Of a stretch of DNA of 36,472 bases, positions 25,026 through 35,721 are shown piece after piece; the first letter of the stretch is position 1; each line of letters begins with the position of its first letter. The notes below the pieces were generated by a model. It was given only the letters and a program-made list of their open reading frames with translations. It did no database searches and was not told the origin of the DNA. The DNA is from Octopus bimaculoides (Eukaryota), in NCBI RefSeq assembly GCF_001194135.2, contig NC_068987.1, positions 58,382,017 to 58,418,488 of the forward strand, given 5' to 3'. The position numbers were made by a program, and so were the translations under genes.

Positions 25026-25097
25026 CCATTTTAACAATGCGTCCTGCCCTACTCTTCGAAACGCCTGTGTTAGAATGGAGGTAGCTGATGAAGGAAA
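25026..25097 (+). ncRNA. Candidate rearranged (non-circularly permuted) hammerhead ribozyme
   Basis: GCGTC-CTGCC (25039-25048), TTC-GAAA-CGC (25055-25064) and GGTAG-CTGATGA-A-GGA (25080-25095) supply stems III, I and II and all conserved core nucleotides; predicted cleavage after C25043. Confidence 0.65.
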
Positions 25098-25288
25098 ATG
25101 TTCTCTATGTGGCCTGTGTGTTTTCTGAACTCTGGTTATTATTATTTTTTTGTCTACGNNNNNNNNNNNNNNNNNNNNNNNNNNNNNNNNNNNNNNNNNN
25201 NNNNNNNNNNNNNNNNNNNNNNNNNNNNNNNNNNNNNNNNNNNNNNNNNNNNNNNNNNNNNNNNNNNNNNNNNNNNNNNNNNNNNNNN

Positions 25289-25355
<67 letters not shown>

Positions 25356-25763
25356 AGAGCTTTAAAGAAATTTAAAACTTCTATACTAATGACTGATCAT
25401 CTTCAGAATCATATTACTGTCATTTTCCGAAGTTCCGAAAATTAAAAGTTCGAAATTTTTTCGAGTGTGAGACAACGTTGCAGAAAGAAAATTCCGGAAA
25501 GCAACCGGAAGATTTCGAAAAGAATGAAAAAATAAAGGTGTATGTTGTTGGTGAAAATTAAAAATGCGAAACCAACGTGTGGTTGGCACACTGAAGTAAA
25601 AGTTTAACAGTTAGTGGACAAGACGTGCCAAATTGGATTAGAGCCAAGATATATACACAACTATCTCCATGGTCTGTTGCGTGTTTGCTAGAGTGTATAC
25701 ATACATACATACATACACAAATGTATGTATGTATGTATGTATGTATGTATGTATGTATGCATA

Positions 25764-25928
25764 GGCGCAGGAGTGGCTGTGTGATAAATAGCTTGCTTAC
25801 CAACCACATGGTTCCGGGTTCAGTCCCATTGCATGACACCTTTGGCAAGTGTCTTCTACTATAGCCTCGGGCCGACCAAAGCCTTGTGAGTGGATTTGGT
25901 AGACGGAAACTGAAAGAAGCCCGTCGCA

Positions 25929-26011
<83 letters not shown>

Positions 26012-26098
26012 CTGTGTGTCTGTGTTTGTCCCCCCAAACATCGCTTGACAACCAATGCTGGTGTGTTTACGTCCCCGTAACTTAGAGGCCGCGACAAA
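25764..26098 (+). mobile_element. SINE family C, 3'-truncated, little diverged
   Basis: GGCGCAGGAGTGGCTGTGTG...GGTTCCGGGTTCAGTCCC...GAAACTGAAAGAAGCCCGTCG-(TA)(TG)n-...CCCCGTAACTTAG. Confidence 0.9.
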
Positions 26099-26234
26099 AA
26101 TATTCGATCGATAAACAGGTTCGCGTTTTTAATACAAAGGAACGTCACATGCGAGTAGTCAAATCGATAAAAGTGTATCCTTATTTTAGGCATGCCTAGA
26201 TATCAGTAAATGCACACTTAATTCACTCACAAAA

Positions 26235-26354
26235 TGTTCATATCGCCCGCCAAAATTTCAAATCGCCGACCATTTTCTAGAAATTCGCCCATTGCCCACA
26301 TGTAAGTTGAAATTGCCCACCGGTGGGCAATATCGCCCACTTTGGGAAGCTATG
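26235..26354. mobile_element. One end of a hAT/Charlie-like MITE with subterminal (T/A)TCGCCC/TTGCCC repeats
   Basis: Terminus TTTGGGAAGCTATG followed by ATCTAGAC; 20-bp perfect palindrome 26312-26331; other end not found. Confidence 0.55.
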
Positions 26355-26362
26355 ATCTAGAC

Positions 26363-26752
26363 CAATGTTTCTCAGCCATTTGTTATCGGTGGACCTCTTT
26401 AATTACTATTCTCTTCTGGTGAACCGCCATAGCCATTCGATATTTAAGAGCTAGCTTTATGGATACTTCTTTTAAAATTCCTGTTTTGTTGTTCACATTT
26501 TTACTTGTGTAGGTTCTACAATTCTTTTATTCTTTTACATGTTTCAGTCATTTGACCGTGACCATGCTAGAGCACCATTTTAAAGGGTTTGAGTCGAACA
26601 AATCGACCTGTAGGACATTCTTTGCAAACCTAGTACTTATTCTATAGGGTCTCTTGCCGAACCACTTGCTTACGGGGACATAAATATACCAGTTCCGGTT
26701 GTCAAGTGGGAAGGTGGAGGACAAACCATTACACAAAGACGCATACACATAG

Positions 26753-26796
<44 letters not shown>

Positions 26797-27126
26797 GACG
26801 GGTTTCTCTTAGTTTCTGTCGATCAAATCTACTCACAAGGATTTGGTCGGCTCGAGGCATAGTAGAAGACACTTGCCCAAGGTGCCATACAGTAGGACTG
26901 AACCCGGAACAATGTGGTTGGTAAGCAAACTTCTTTCCACACAGCCACGCCTGCAACGAGAAAGAAATTAAGCTGTTTCTTGCAATAAAAACATCTTGAA
27001 CAATATTTTATCATGAACCCTTAATTCACTGCTGTGGATCCCTAATTTACTATTTTGCTTTCGTGGACCCCGAATAATCGTATACGGACACCTTGGGATT
27101 ATATGGACCGCTGTTGAGAACCTCTG
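26363..27126. mobile_element. hAT/Charlie-like MITE interrupted by a SINE
   Basis: Imperfect TIRs CAATGTTTCTCAGC / GTTGAGAACCTCTG; flanks ATCTAGAC vs ATCGTGAG (5/8); internal GTGGACCC motifs. Confidence 0.55.
26522..26955 (-). mobile_element. SINE family C, full length
   Basis: Reverse-complement homology to 25764-26098 and 32600-32778. Confidence 0.9.
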
Positions 27127-27215
27127 ATCGTGAGGTTCTGCTGTTTCCACCAATATGCCGTTTATCCATTAAGTTAGGATAAGAAACAGCAATGTTTACA
27201 AAATGTCCCAAACAT

Positions 27216-27792
27216 TTGCTGGTAACATACTTCAGCTTCTTCCGACAGTTGCTATTATATTATTAGGGATTATCAACGTCTTTGCTGAAATATGTTGGTT
27301 ATTTAACTACAAAGAAATATCTCCTACAGCCCTACTGATACTTGTTTACTTTTCTTTGTCACTTGTATCTCTTTCTTTAATCAGTTCTTCTCTAATCTTC
27401 CACTTTCCCAGATCTACCAACAACCCGACTACCTCTGTGTGTGTGTGTATGTATGTGTGTATATACACATGTATATATATATATGTATATATATGTATAT
27501 ATATANNNNNNNNNNNNNNNNNNTTGCTGGTAACATACTTCAGCTTCTTCCGACAGTTGCTATTATATTATTAGGGATTATCAACGTCTTTGCTGAAATA
27601 TGTTGGTTATTTAACTACAAAGAAATATCTCCTACAGCCCTACTGATACTTGTTTACTTTTCTTTGTCACTTGTATCTCTTTCTTTAATCAGTTCTTCTC
27701 TAATCTTCCACTTTCCCAGATCTACCAACAACCCGACTACCTCTGTGTGTGTGTGTATGTATGTGTGTATATACACATGTATATATATATAT
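27216..27792. repeat. ~270-bp apparently identical duplication across an 18-N gap (likely assembly artefact)
   Basis: 27216-~27490 repeated at 27524-~27792. Confidence 0.85.
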
Positions 27793-27796
27793 GTAT

Positions 27797-28177
27797 CTTT
27801 TACCTTTTACTTCTTTCAGCCTTTAGGCTGCGGCCATGCTGGGACACCGTCTTGAAGAATGAATCAATTCCAGTACTATTTTTTCCAGGCCTGGTGCTTA
27901 TTTTATTGGTCTCTTTTGCTGAACCGCTAAGCTACGGAGATGCAAGCACAGCAACACTGGTTGTCGAGCAGGGGGAGTGGGGGCTAACACAAACAGAAAG
28001 ACACACACATAGATACACACACACATGTATATATGTACGACGGGATTCTTTTAGTTTCCGTCTACCAAATCAATCAGAGGCTATAGTAGAAAACATTTGC
28101 CAAAGGTACCGCGCAGTGGGACTGAACCCAGAATCATGTGATTGGGAAGCAAGCTTCTTACCACACAACCACATCTG
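27797..28177 (-). mobile_element. SINE family C
   Basis: GCGGCCATGCTGGGACACCG...GAACCGCTAAGCTACGGAG...GGGACTGAACCCAGAATCATGTG. Confidence 0.85.
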
Positions 28178-28228
28178 TATATGTATGTATATACATTCAT
28201 ACCCCACCCCACATATATATACATTTTA

Positions 28229-28268
<40 letters not shown>

Positions 28269-29547
28269 TAGTTTTTGGGAAAATAACCAATTTTCAAGAA
28301 CTCATCGATGAAAATCCACTATCACATATAGAAAAATTAATAATTAATAATTAAAAGCACAATAAATGAGTATAATATAAAGTAAAGTAAATATCATAAG
28401 ATAAATATAATAAAAAGATTACACGTGTTTCATAACCAATTTTCAAATAGAAAAGAAATTTAAATCGATTAAAATCAAATCAATTGTCCCTAATATTATT
28501 NNNNNNNNNNNNNNNNNNNNNNNNNNNNNNNNNNNNNNNNNNNNNNNNNNNNNNNNNNNNNNNNNNNNNNNNNNNNNNNNNNNNNNNNNNNNNNNNNNNN
28601 NNNNNNNNNNNNNNNNNNNNNNNNNNNNNNNNNNNNNNNNNNNNNNNNNNNNNNNNNNNNNNNNNNNNNNNNNNNNNNNNNNNNNNNNNNNNNNNNNNNN
28701 NNNNNNNNNNNNNNNNNNNNNNNNNNNNNNNNNNNNNNNNNNNNNNNNNNNNNNNNNNNNNNNNNNNNNNNNNNNNNNNNNNNNNNNNNNNNNNNNNNNN
28801 NNNNNNNNNNNNNNNNNNNNNNNNNNNNNNNNNNNNNNNNNNNNNNNNNNNNNNNNNNNNNNNNNNNNNNNNNNNNNNNNNNNNNNNNNNNNNNNNNNNN
28901 NNNNNNNNNNNNNNNNNNNNNNNNNNNNNNNNNNNNNNNNNNNNNNNNNNNNNNNNNNNNNNNNNNNNNNNNNNNNNNNNNNNNNNNNNNNNNNNNNNNN
29001 NNNNNNNNNNNNNNNNNNNNNNNNNNNNNNNNNNNNNNNNNNNNNNNNNNNNNNNNNNNNNNNNNNNNNNNNNNNNNNNNNNNNNNNNNTATGTATATAT
29101 CATGAACATAATGTGTGTGTGTGTGTGCCTATCTATCTATTTTATTGAATTTAAAAAGTAAAATGAGATGCTTGCAGACGTTGCATCTGTGAAGTTGTGA
29201 TGAACCTAATTTTTCACCTAAACGAAAGCAAAAGCTAACATCATCTCGTTAACTGTCCTAACTGCTGCACTCGATTATCACATCATCTCAACATCTCAAC
29301 CACCAGCTTCAAGTACAGCTTTTAGCAAGACCTTTCGTATGTAAAGCAATCCCTTACACTGGTACTTACTTTCATTTTCTACATGTCGAGTTAGAACAGA
29401 GACAAGTCTCTCACACACAGGACACAACGTATATCGTAAGCAACTTTCCCATGTAGTATCAACCCCAGAAACAGAACGAAAATCTGGTTACTGTGCAATG
29501 CTTTATCTACTTGGTGCTTTTACATGAATACTAAAGATTTAATAGAA

Positions 29548-29955
29548 ACCAACTATAATGGTTATGTGCATGGTTTCGAGTTCAATCGTACTGCATGGCG
29601 CTTATGGAAAATGTCTGGTACAATAGTCTGGGGCCAACCAAAGTCATATAAACGGATTTGGTAAACGGAAATTGTAAGAAACCCATCATATATGTGTGTG
29701 TATGTGTGTGTGCGTGTTTGTGTGTGTGTGTGCGTATATTCGTATCTGTACCCTTGTGTTTGTGTCTCTCCCCACACCACCGCTTGACGACCGGTGTTGG
29801 TCTGTTTATTTCTCCCATAACCTAGCAGTTTTGTCAAAGTGACCGATAAAATAAGTATTTAGATTTTTTAAAATAAGTACCGGGACTGATTTGTTCAACT
29901 AAAACACTTCAAGGAGATGCCCCAGCCTGACCGCAGTTTAATGACGGAAACAGTT
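29548..29955 (+). mobile_element. SINE family C, degenerate
   Basis: GGTTTCGAGTTCAATC...ACGGAAATTGTAAGAAACCC...CCCCAGCCTGACCGCAGTTTAATGACGGAAAC. Confidence 0.8.
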
Positions 29956-30049
29956 TAAAATATAATAATTCTGCTCTAGTCTAGACAATTAATCCAATGA
30001 TCTTCTCAAGTCTCTGCTTCTTTCAGTAATTAATCTTTTTCCACCACAT

Positions 30050-30180
30050 TAATTCATTCTGTTATAGGCACAAACCTCGAAATTTCGTGGGGAGGGAGCC
30101 AATCGACTCCGATTTCGATTGCTACTTATCTCATTTATTCCGAAAGGATGAAAAGCAAAGACGACCCCAGCAGAATGATT
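30050..30180 (-). mobile_element. SINE family A, 3' half
   Basis: AGGCACAAACCTCGAAATTT...CCGAAAGGATGAAAAGCAAAGACGACC. Confidence 0.7.
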
Positions 30181-30210
30181 CTACCGGTTCGTCATCTTCA
30201 CTACATTAAT

Positions 30211-30430
30211 TAATTCTTTATATTATATGCACAAGGCCTGAAATTTTGCGGGAAGTGTGGTGCTAGTCGATTACATCGAATCCAATGAGCAATTGATGCT
30301 TATTTTATCGACCCAGAAAGGATGAAAGGCAAACTCGGCCGCGGTGACATTTGAGCTCAGAACACAAAGACTGGCGAAATACTGCTAAGCATTTCTTCCG
30401 TCGTGCAATCAATACTGTCAATTCGCCGCC
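30211..30430 (-). mobile_element. SINE family A, full length
   Basis: Reverse-complement homology to 597-810. Confidence 0.85.
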
Positions 30431-30461
30431 TTTACGTCATTAATTAAGGAGGCCTGTTTTC

Positions 30462-30587
30462 GACAGCGAATTGGCAGATTCGTTAGAGCGTTGCACTGAA
30501 TGCTTTACTCTGTTGGTCCAGTCTTAGCTTCGAGTTCAAATTCCACCAAAGTCAACTTTGCCTATCATCCTTTCAGCATTGATAAAA
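30462..30587 (+). mobile_element. SINE family A, 5' half
   Basis: GACAGCGAATTGGCAGATTCGTTAG...GAGTTCAAATTCCACCAAAGTCAACTTTGCCTATCATCC. Confidence 0.75.
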
Positions 30588-31019
30588 ACGCACCAAGCCA
30601 AAGTAGTGGATTAGCAGATACCCATCTGTATTTGTTCCAGTTATTTGTGTTCTAAGTTCAAATTTAAGAGACGGATAAAATTCTCCTTGGTATGACGCAA
30701 ATCTCTCACAGAAAACTCGCCCCCCCCCCCAATAGCCCGGTGTTCATTCTTAACAGCTGATATAAACTGGTTCAGTGTAGTATTAAGCTCACTACCCCGA
30801 GATGTAATGAAGTGCTCGAAACTAAAATGAACTCATGATTTATAAGTCTGAAACCTAACACCTTCTCCATGTGGTTGTTTTGAATTTCAGAGTTACATGC
30901 ATTCCGAAGTAAAGGTAGCGAGTGTTCCTTGACACAACTGCAAACGCAACGGTAACTAAAAACATCAAACCCAATCATTGACAGACACACGGATTAAATC
31001 ACATGAAGCTAGTCTTATA

Positions 31020-31355
31020 ATGATTTAAGTCGCAGGAGGTTAAGTGGTATTAGTGAGTGACTGGTAGTGGAGTGGTCCACAAACTCGTCCGACTGGTAAC
31101 TTAACAGTTGACTCATTCGCCCGGATGTAGACAATCACACGCTGTCCTACAAACAGGTTTTCTCTTTCTTTTTCTTTTTTGTTTTTATTTGCTGTCAACA
31201 AATACTGAGATTTGTTCAGGAATTTGTCTTCTGCTGCAGATAATATTTACTAGAATTCAGAGTTAGGTCGTGCAGTAAGTAGCAGGTACAGCACTTTTGA
31301 CACAACCCGAACGTCTCAGTGCACGACAAAAGAGGTTTCTACACAAGAGAAAGAC
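31020..31355 (+). promoter_or_regulatory. Putative promoter/5' UTR region
   Basis: Unique, locally CpG-richer sequence; TGACTCA 31109-31115 and CCGGATGT 31121-31128 upstream of the candidate ATG. Confidence 0.3.
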
Positions 31356-31405
31356 ATGGGCGCGAATTCATCTAAAACTGAAATCGAAGAGGAACCGAAA
31401 ACGAG
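31356..31405 (+). CDS. Candidate first coding exon, MGANSSKTEIEEEPKT(S/R), N-myristoylation motif
   Basis: GACATGG Kozak context, MGxxxSK motif, AG|GTATTT donor at 31406 followed by T-rich intron-like sequence; gene not recognised. Confidence 0.45.
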
Positions 31406-31579
31406 GTATTTTTTTTGTTTTTGTTTTTAATGTTTTCACCAACGTGTTTCTTACTTTTAGTATCATTATTTATCGTTTGCTATTATTGTTTATTATTGCT
31501 GTTCTTTTGTGTGTGTGTGTGTGTATATATATATTGCAAATTGTGATTGTAACATTTGTTTTTCTTCTGTTGACCCTAG

Positions 31580-31706
31580 TTTAATCGAAACAGACAAACT
31601 AAATCTTGATATTGATTATAATGACGAGATGGTGATGACGATGATGTTGATGGTTTTGATAATGAGAAAGAAAAGGAAGATAAGGCAGAAAAGGATGTTG
31701 GTTTGA
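31580..31706 (+). CDS. Possible second exon (..SLIETDKLNLDIDYNDE..)
   Basis: Pyrimidine tract + TAG 31577-31579; the phase-2 join gives AGT and stays open to TGA at 31704-31706; 3' boundary uncertain. Confidence 0.22.
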
Positions 31707-31719
31707 CACCCAAAAAGAA

Positions 31720-31720
<1 letters not shown>

Positions 31721-31778
<58 letters not shown>
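31721..31778. repeat. (AAT)n microsatellite
   Basis: Direct. Confidence 0.99.
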
Positions 31779-31781
<3 letters not shown>

Positions 31782-32579
31782 GCAACAAGCAACGTACAAA
31801 ATACATAGAAATTAAATAGATGTAATTTGGAGACAAAAAGATCTATAGAACAAAACAAATAAAGAAAAAACAAAATTATTTATATTTAAATTGTAACGTC
31901 ATCTGCTTGTTTTTTGTTTGGTAATTAATTTGAGATTCTGTACGGTGTCCAACTGAAGCAGGTCTTTATCGTACGTACATCGCTGTGTTACGTCTGTATC
32001 CAAGACGCTTAACTTACAAATAGCTCACATCAGCTAATTGTAAAATAGTTACGATGGAGAGTAAAAACTCATGCAGAACTCTGGTTTAAACACACCATAT
32101 AACACCTCATAATCATTTTATTTTTTGAATTTCCGCCAAAACTCATTCATATAAGTGTGGAAAGAGGACTTGACAATAGATTTATTTGTTTGTAGTGCTG
32201 AGTTTAAATTATTCCATGTGTTAAAATATATCCAAACAGTTTAAAAGAGTTGCTGTCTTACGTTTCGAGCAAAGTTCTTCTTCGGAAAGAGGAAACATAC
32301 GAAAGTCCAAAAGTAATGGAAGAAAGAGGGAAAAAAATCGCCAGTAGTCCACGTCTAGTTACATGTATGTATAAATATGTAAATGTATGTATGTATGCAT
32401 ATACATATGCATGTGTGTGTGTTTATGTATGTATATATACATACACATTTATGTATGTATATATACATACACATTTACATATGTATATACACATATATAT
32501 ACAAATACATATATGTACATAAAAATATACATATATATACACATACACACACAAATACATATGTATGGGAATATGCGTC

Positions 32580-32778
32580 TTTGTGTTCATGCTTGACACC
32601 TTACCACCGCCACCGCGTTGGTTTGTTTATGTCTCCTTGACTTAGTTTTTCAGCAAGAGATACCGAGCGAATAAGTACAAGACTTTTAAGAAATAAGTCT
32701 ATTCGTTCTACAAAACTCTTCCAAGCTGTGCTCCAGGTTGGCTGCAGTCCAATGACCGAAACAAGTAAAAGATAAAAG
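32580..32778 (+). mobile_element. SINE family C, 3' half, followed by (GATA)n(GACA)n(GATA)n and (CATA)n
   Basis: GAATAAGTACAAG...GCAGTCCAATGACCGAAACAAGTAAAAGATAAAAGA. Confidence 0.8.
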
Positions 32779-32807
32779 ATGAGATAGATAGATAGATAGA
32801 TAGATAA

Positions 32808-32880
<73 letters not shown>

Positions 32881-32888
32881 CAATCTTC

Positions 32889-32919
<31 letters not shown>

Positions 32920-32939
32920 CATACATACATACATACATA

Positions 32940-33154
32940 CGAGGGCTGCTGAAAAGTTCCTTGTTTTGGGTTAAAGAAAATACAGGAGGATCAGTTAATC
33001 ATGATTTTATTCAGCATATTTCCCTCTCAGATTCACACACTTATTGCAGCGGCCCTTCAGTTTGTATAAGCTCTGTAAAAGAACTCGGAATATTGGGCAC
33101 CAACCAGATTTTTCGCGACAACCTTAATGCCAGGAACTTTTCAGCACCCACTCA
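32940..33154. mobile_element. Mariner-type MITE (~215 bp), copy 1
   Basis: Imperfect TIRs CGAGGGCTGCTGAAAAGTTCCT / AGGAACTTTTCAGCACCCACTCA, TA flanks. Confidence 0.85.
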
Positions 33155-33202
33155 TACATTCATACATACATGCATATATACATACATACATGCGCGCGCA
33201 CG

Positions 33203-33262
<60 letters not shown>

Positions 33263-34098
33263 NNNNNNNNNNNNNNNNNNNNNNNNNNNNNNNNNNNNNN
33301 NNNNNNNNNNNNNNNNNNNNNNNNNNNNNNNNNNNNNNNNNNNNNNNNNNNNNNNNNNNNNNNNNNNNNNNNNNNNNNNNNNNNNNNNNNNNNNNNNNNN
33401 NNNNNNNNNNNNNNNNNNNNNNNNNNNNNNNNNNNNNNNNNNNNNNNNNNNNNNNNNNNNNNNNNNNNNNNNNNNNNNNNNNNNNNNNNNNNNNNNNNNN
33501 NNNNNNNNNNNNNNNNNNNNNNNNNNNNNNNNNNNNNNNNNNNNNNNNNNNNNNNNNNNNNNNNNNNNNNNNNNNNNNNNNNNNNNNNNNNNNNNNNNNN
33601 NNNNNNNNNNNNNNNNNNNNNNNNNNNNNNNNNNNNNNNNNNNNNNNNNNNNNNNNNNNNNNNNNNNNNNNNNNNNNNNNNNNNNNNNNNNNNNNNNNNN
33701 NNNNNNNNNNNNNNNNNNNNNNNNNNNNNNNNNNNNNNNNNNNNNNNNNNNNNNNNNNNNNNNNNNNNNNNNNNNNNNNNNNNNNNNNNNNNNNNNNNNN
33801 NNNNNNNNNNNNNNNNNNNNNNNNNNNNNNNNNNNNNNNNNNNNNNNNNNNNNNNNNNNNNNNNNNNNNNNNNNNNNNNNNNNNNNNNNNNNNNNNNNNN
33901 NNNNNNNNNNNNNNNNNNNNNNNNNNNNNNNNNNNNNNNNNNNNNNNNNNNNNNNNNNNNNNNNNNNNNNNNNNNNNNNNNNNNNNNNNNNNNNNNNNNN
34001 NNNNNNNNNNNNNNNNNNNNNNNNNTTATATTTTTAATTTCGCGCGTGCGCATTGTTTGTTTTTGATTTTGTCGACTGCTTACATACATACATACATA

Positions 34099-34313
34099 CG
34101 AGGGCTGCTGAAAAGTTCCTTGTTTTGGGTTAAAGAAAATACAGGAGGATCAGTTAATCATGATTTTCTTCAACCTATTCCCCTCTCAGATTCACACACT
34201 TATTGCAGCGGTCCTTCAGTCTTTCTAAGCCCTGTAAAAGAACTCGGAATATTGGGCACCAACCAGATCTTTTACGACACCCTTAAAGCCAGGAAATTTT
34301 CAGCACCCACTCA
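34099..34313. mobile_element. Mariner-type MITE, copy 2
   Basis: Colinear with 32940-33154 with scattered substitutions; TA flanks. Confidence 0.85.
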
Positions 34314-34479
34314 TACACACACACACACGGATTTCTTTAAAAGGGGTGTAAAAATGTGTGTTATTTTGTTATTTTGAGGAACAAAAGCAGTTGCTAAAAC
34401 ATGCTCAGGTTCATAACAATCCTGCAACATCTTTTTTTAATATAAGCCTTTTTAAAAAATTTACTTTCTAAACTCTATC

Positions 34480-35721
34480 AAGGCAAAACGAACTCAAACG
34501 AAAGCTTGACAGAAGATACTGTAAGTCTTACATCTCTGTAGGAAGGTCAGTTGGGCACCGTCTGTGAAAAAAAACAGCCTCATGACGCAATGCACTCTGC
34601 CAGAAATTTGGAAACGACATGTACTGCTTGACATTCGTACCGGAAGCTTCAATACGAACATTTCAGAGTGTTTAGGTGTCAATCTAAGGAAAGTGCAGAG
34701 GATTCGGAAAGAGTTGAATGAATCTAATGGTGATTACGAAGGTACAGCAGCTCGAAAAACTCACTCTAATCGAAAAGAACTGAATTTATTGATGAGATCG
34801 AGGCCATGAATGACAACGATCCCTCCAAGTCAATCAGGTCCATCGCCAGGAACATGGGAAAATCTGAGTTTCTGATCAGGCAGGTAGTGCATGAAGACAT
34901 TCCGTATTCCTCATACAAGATGAGAAAGGGCCGATTTTTATCCCAAGTCATCAAGGACAAGAGAAAAGACCGCGCTATGAAGCTTTTGAACAAACTCAAG
35001 CATCGCCTCCAAGCGAACATACCTTGGTTTTCTCAGACGAGAAAATTTCTGCCAGTTTCTTATGGTGAATACACAGAACAACCATTGGCTTGTCGTGTCC
35101 CCAAAACATGTACCGAGAGTTATAGAAATCAACATCATGGTGCTTGAAATTATTCACTAGTGATGGCAACATTATGCTTCCATTCATCTTCCCATACAGC
35201 CTCAGACTCAGCACGGAGGCCTACATCAAGTGCCTGGAGGAAGTAGTGCTGCCATGGGTCAATAGGGTGGCTGCTGGAAGACCCTGTGTCTGGCAACAGG
35301 ATTCTGGATCATTTCACACAAGCAGGTAAACCCAGTCATGGCTGTCAAACAATTTCTGCGACCATATCACCCCTAACATCTGGTCAGCTAACTCCCCAGA
35401 TTGCAACCCCCATCATTATTATGTGTGGAGCGCAATTGAACGAGAAACCAACAAAACTCCTTGTAACACCAAAGATGAACTGAAGGCAAGGATTATGGCA
35501 GCATTCACCAACTTAGACAAGTACACCGTCCAGAAGAGTTGCATGAGATTCCGAAGTCGTCTGGAAGCCACGATTGAAGGCAATGGCGATTTTATTGAAT
35601 AAATTTACTCTTTAGTATTTCAAGATATTTTTATGTAATTTCGGTAAATATATTTGTTAAAATGAGACGTCAGTTTTATTTTTATCTTTGCGTAATTTAG
35701 ACGACAATTCACTGCACCCTG
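34480..35721 (+). mobile_element. Tc1/mariner DD37D (maT) transposon, left end missing, transposase pseudogene (~34580-35602)
   Basis: HTH-like segments (SIRSIARNMG), FSDEK, WQQDSG, then 37 codons to (D>H) in SPDCNPHHYYVW; internal TAA and frameshifts; right end ...ACTGCACCCTG|TA. Confidence 0.88.

Noticed and set aside
25425-25520. Cluster of TTCCG/TTCGAA motifs
   Set aside because: May be transposon subterminal repeats, but no TIR or TSD was found
27216-27792. Apparent tandem duplication
   Set aside because: Apparently identical copies either side of an 18-N gap, typical of an unmerged contig overlap
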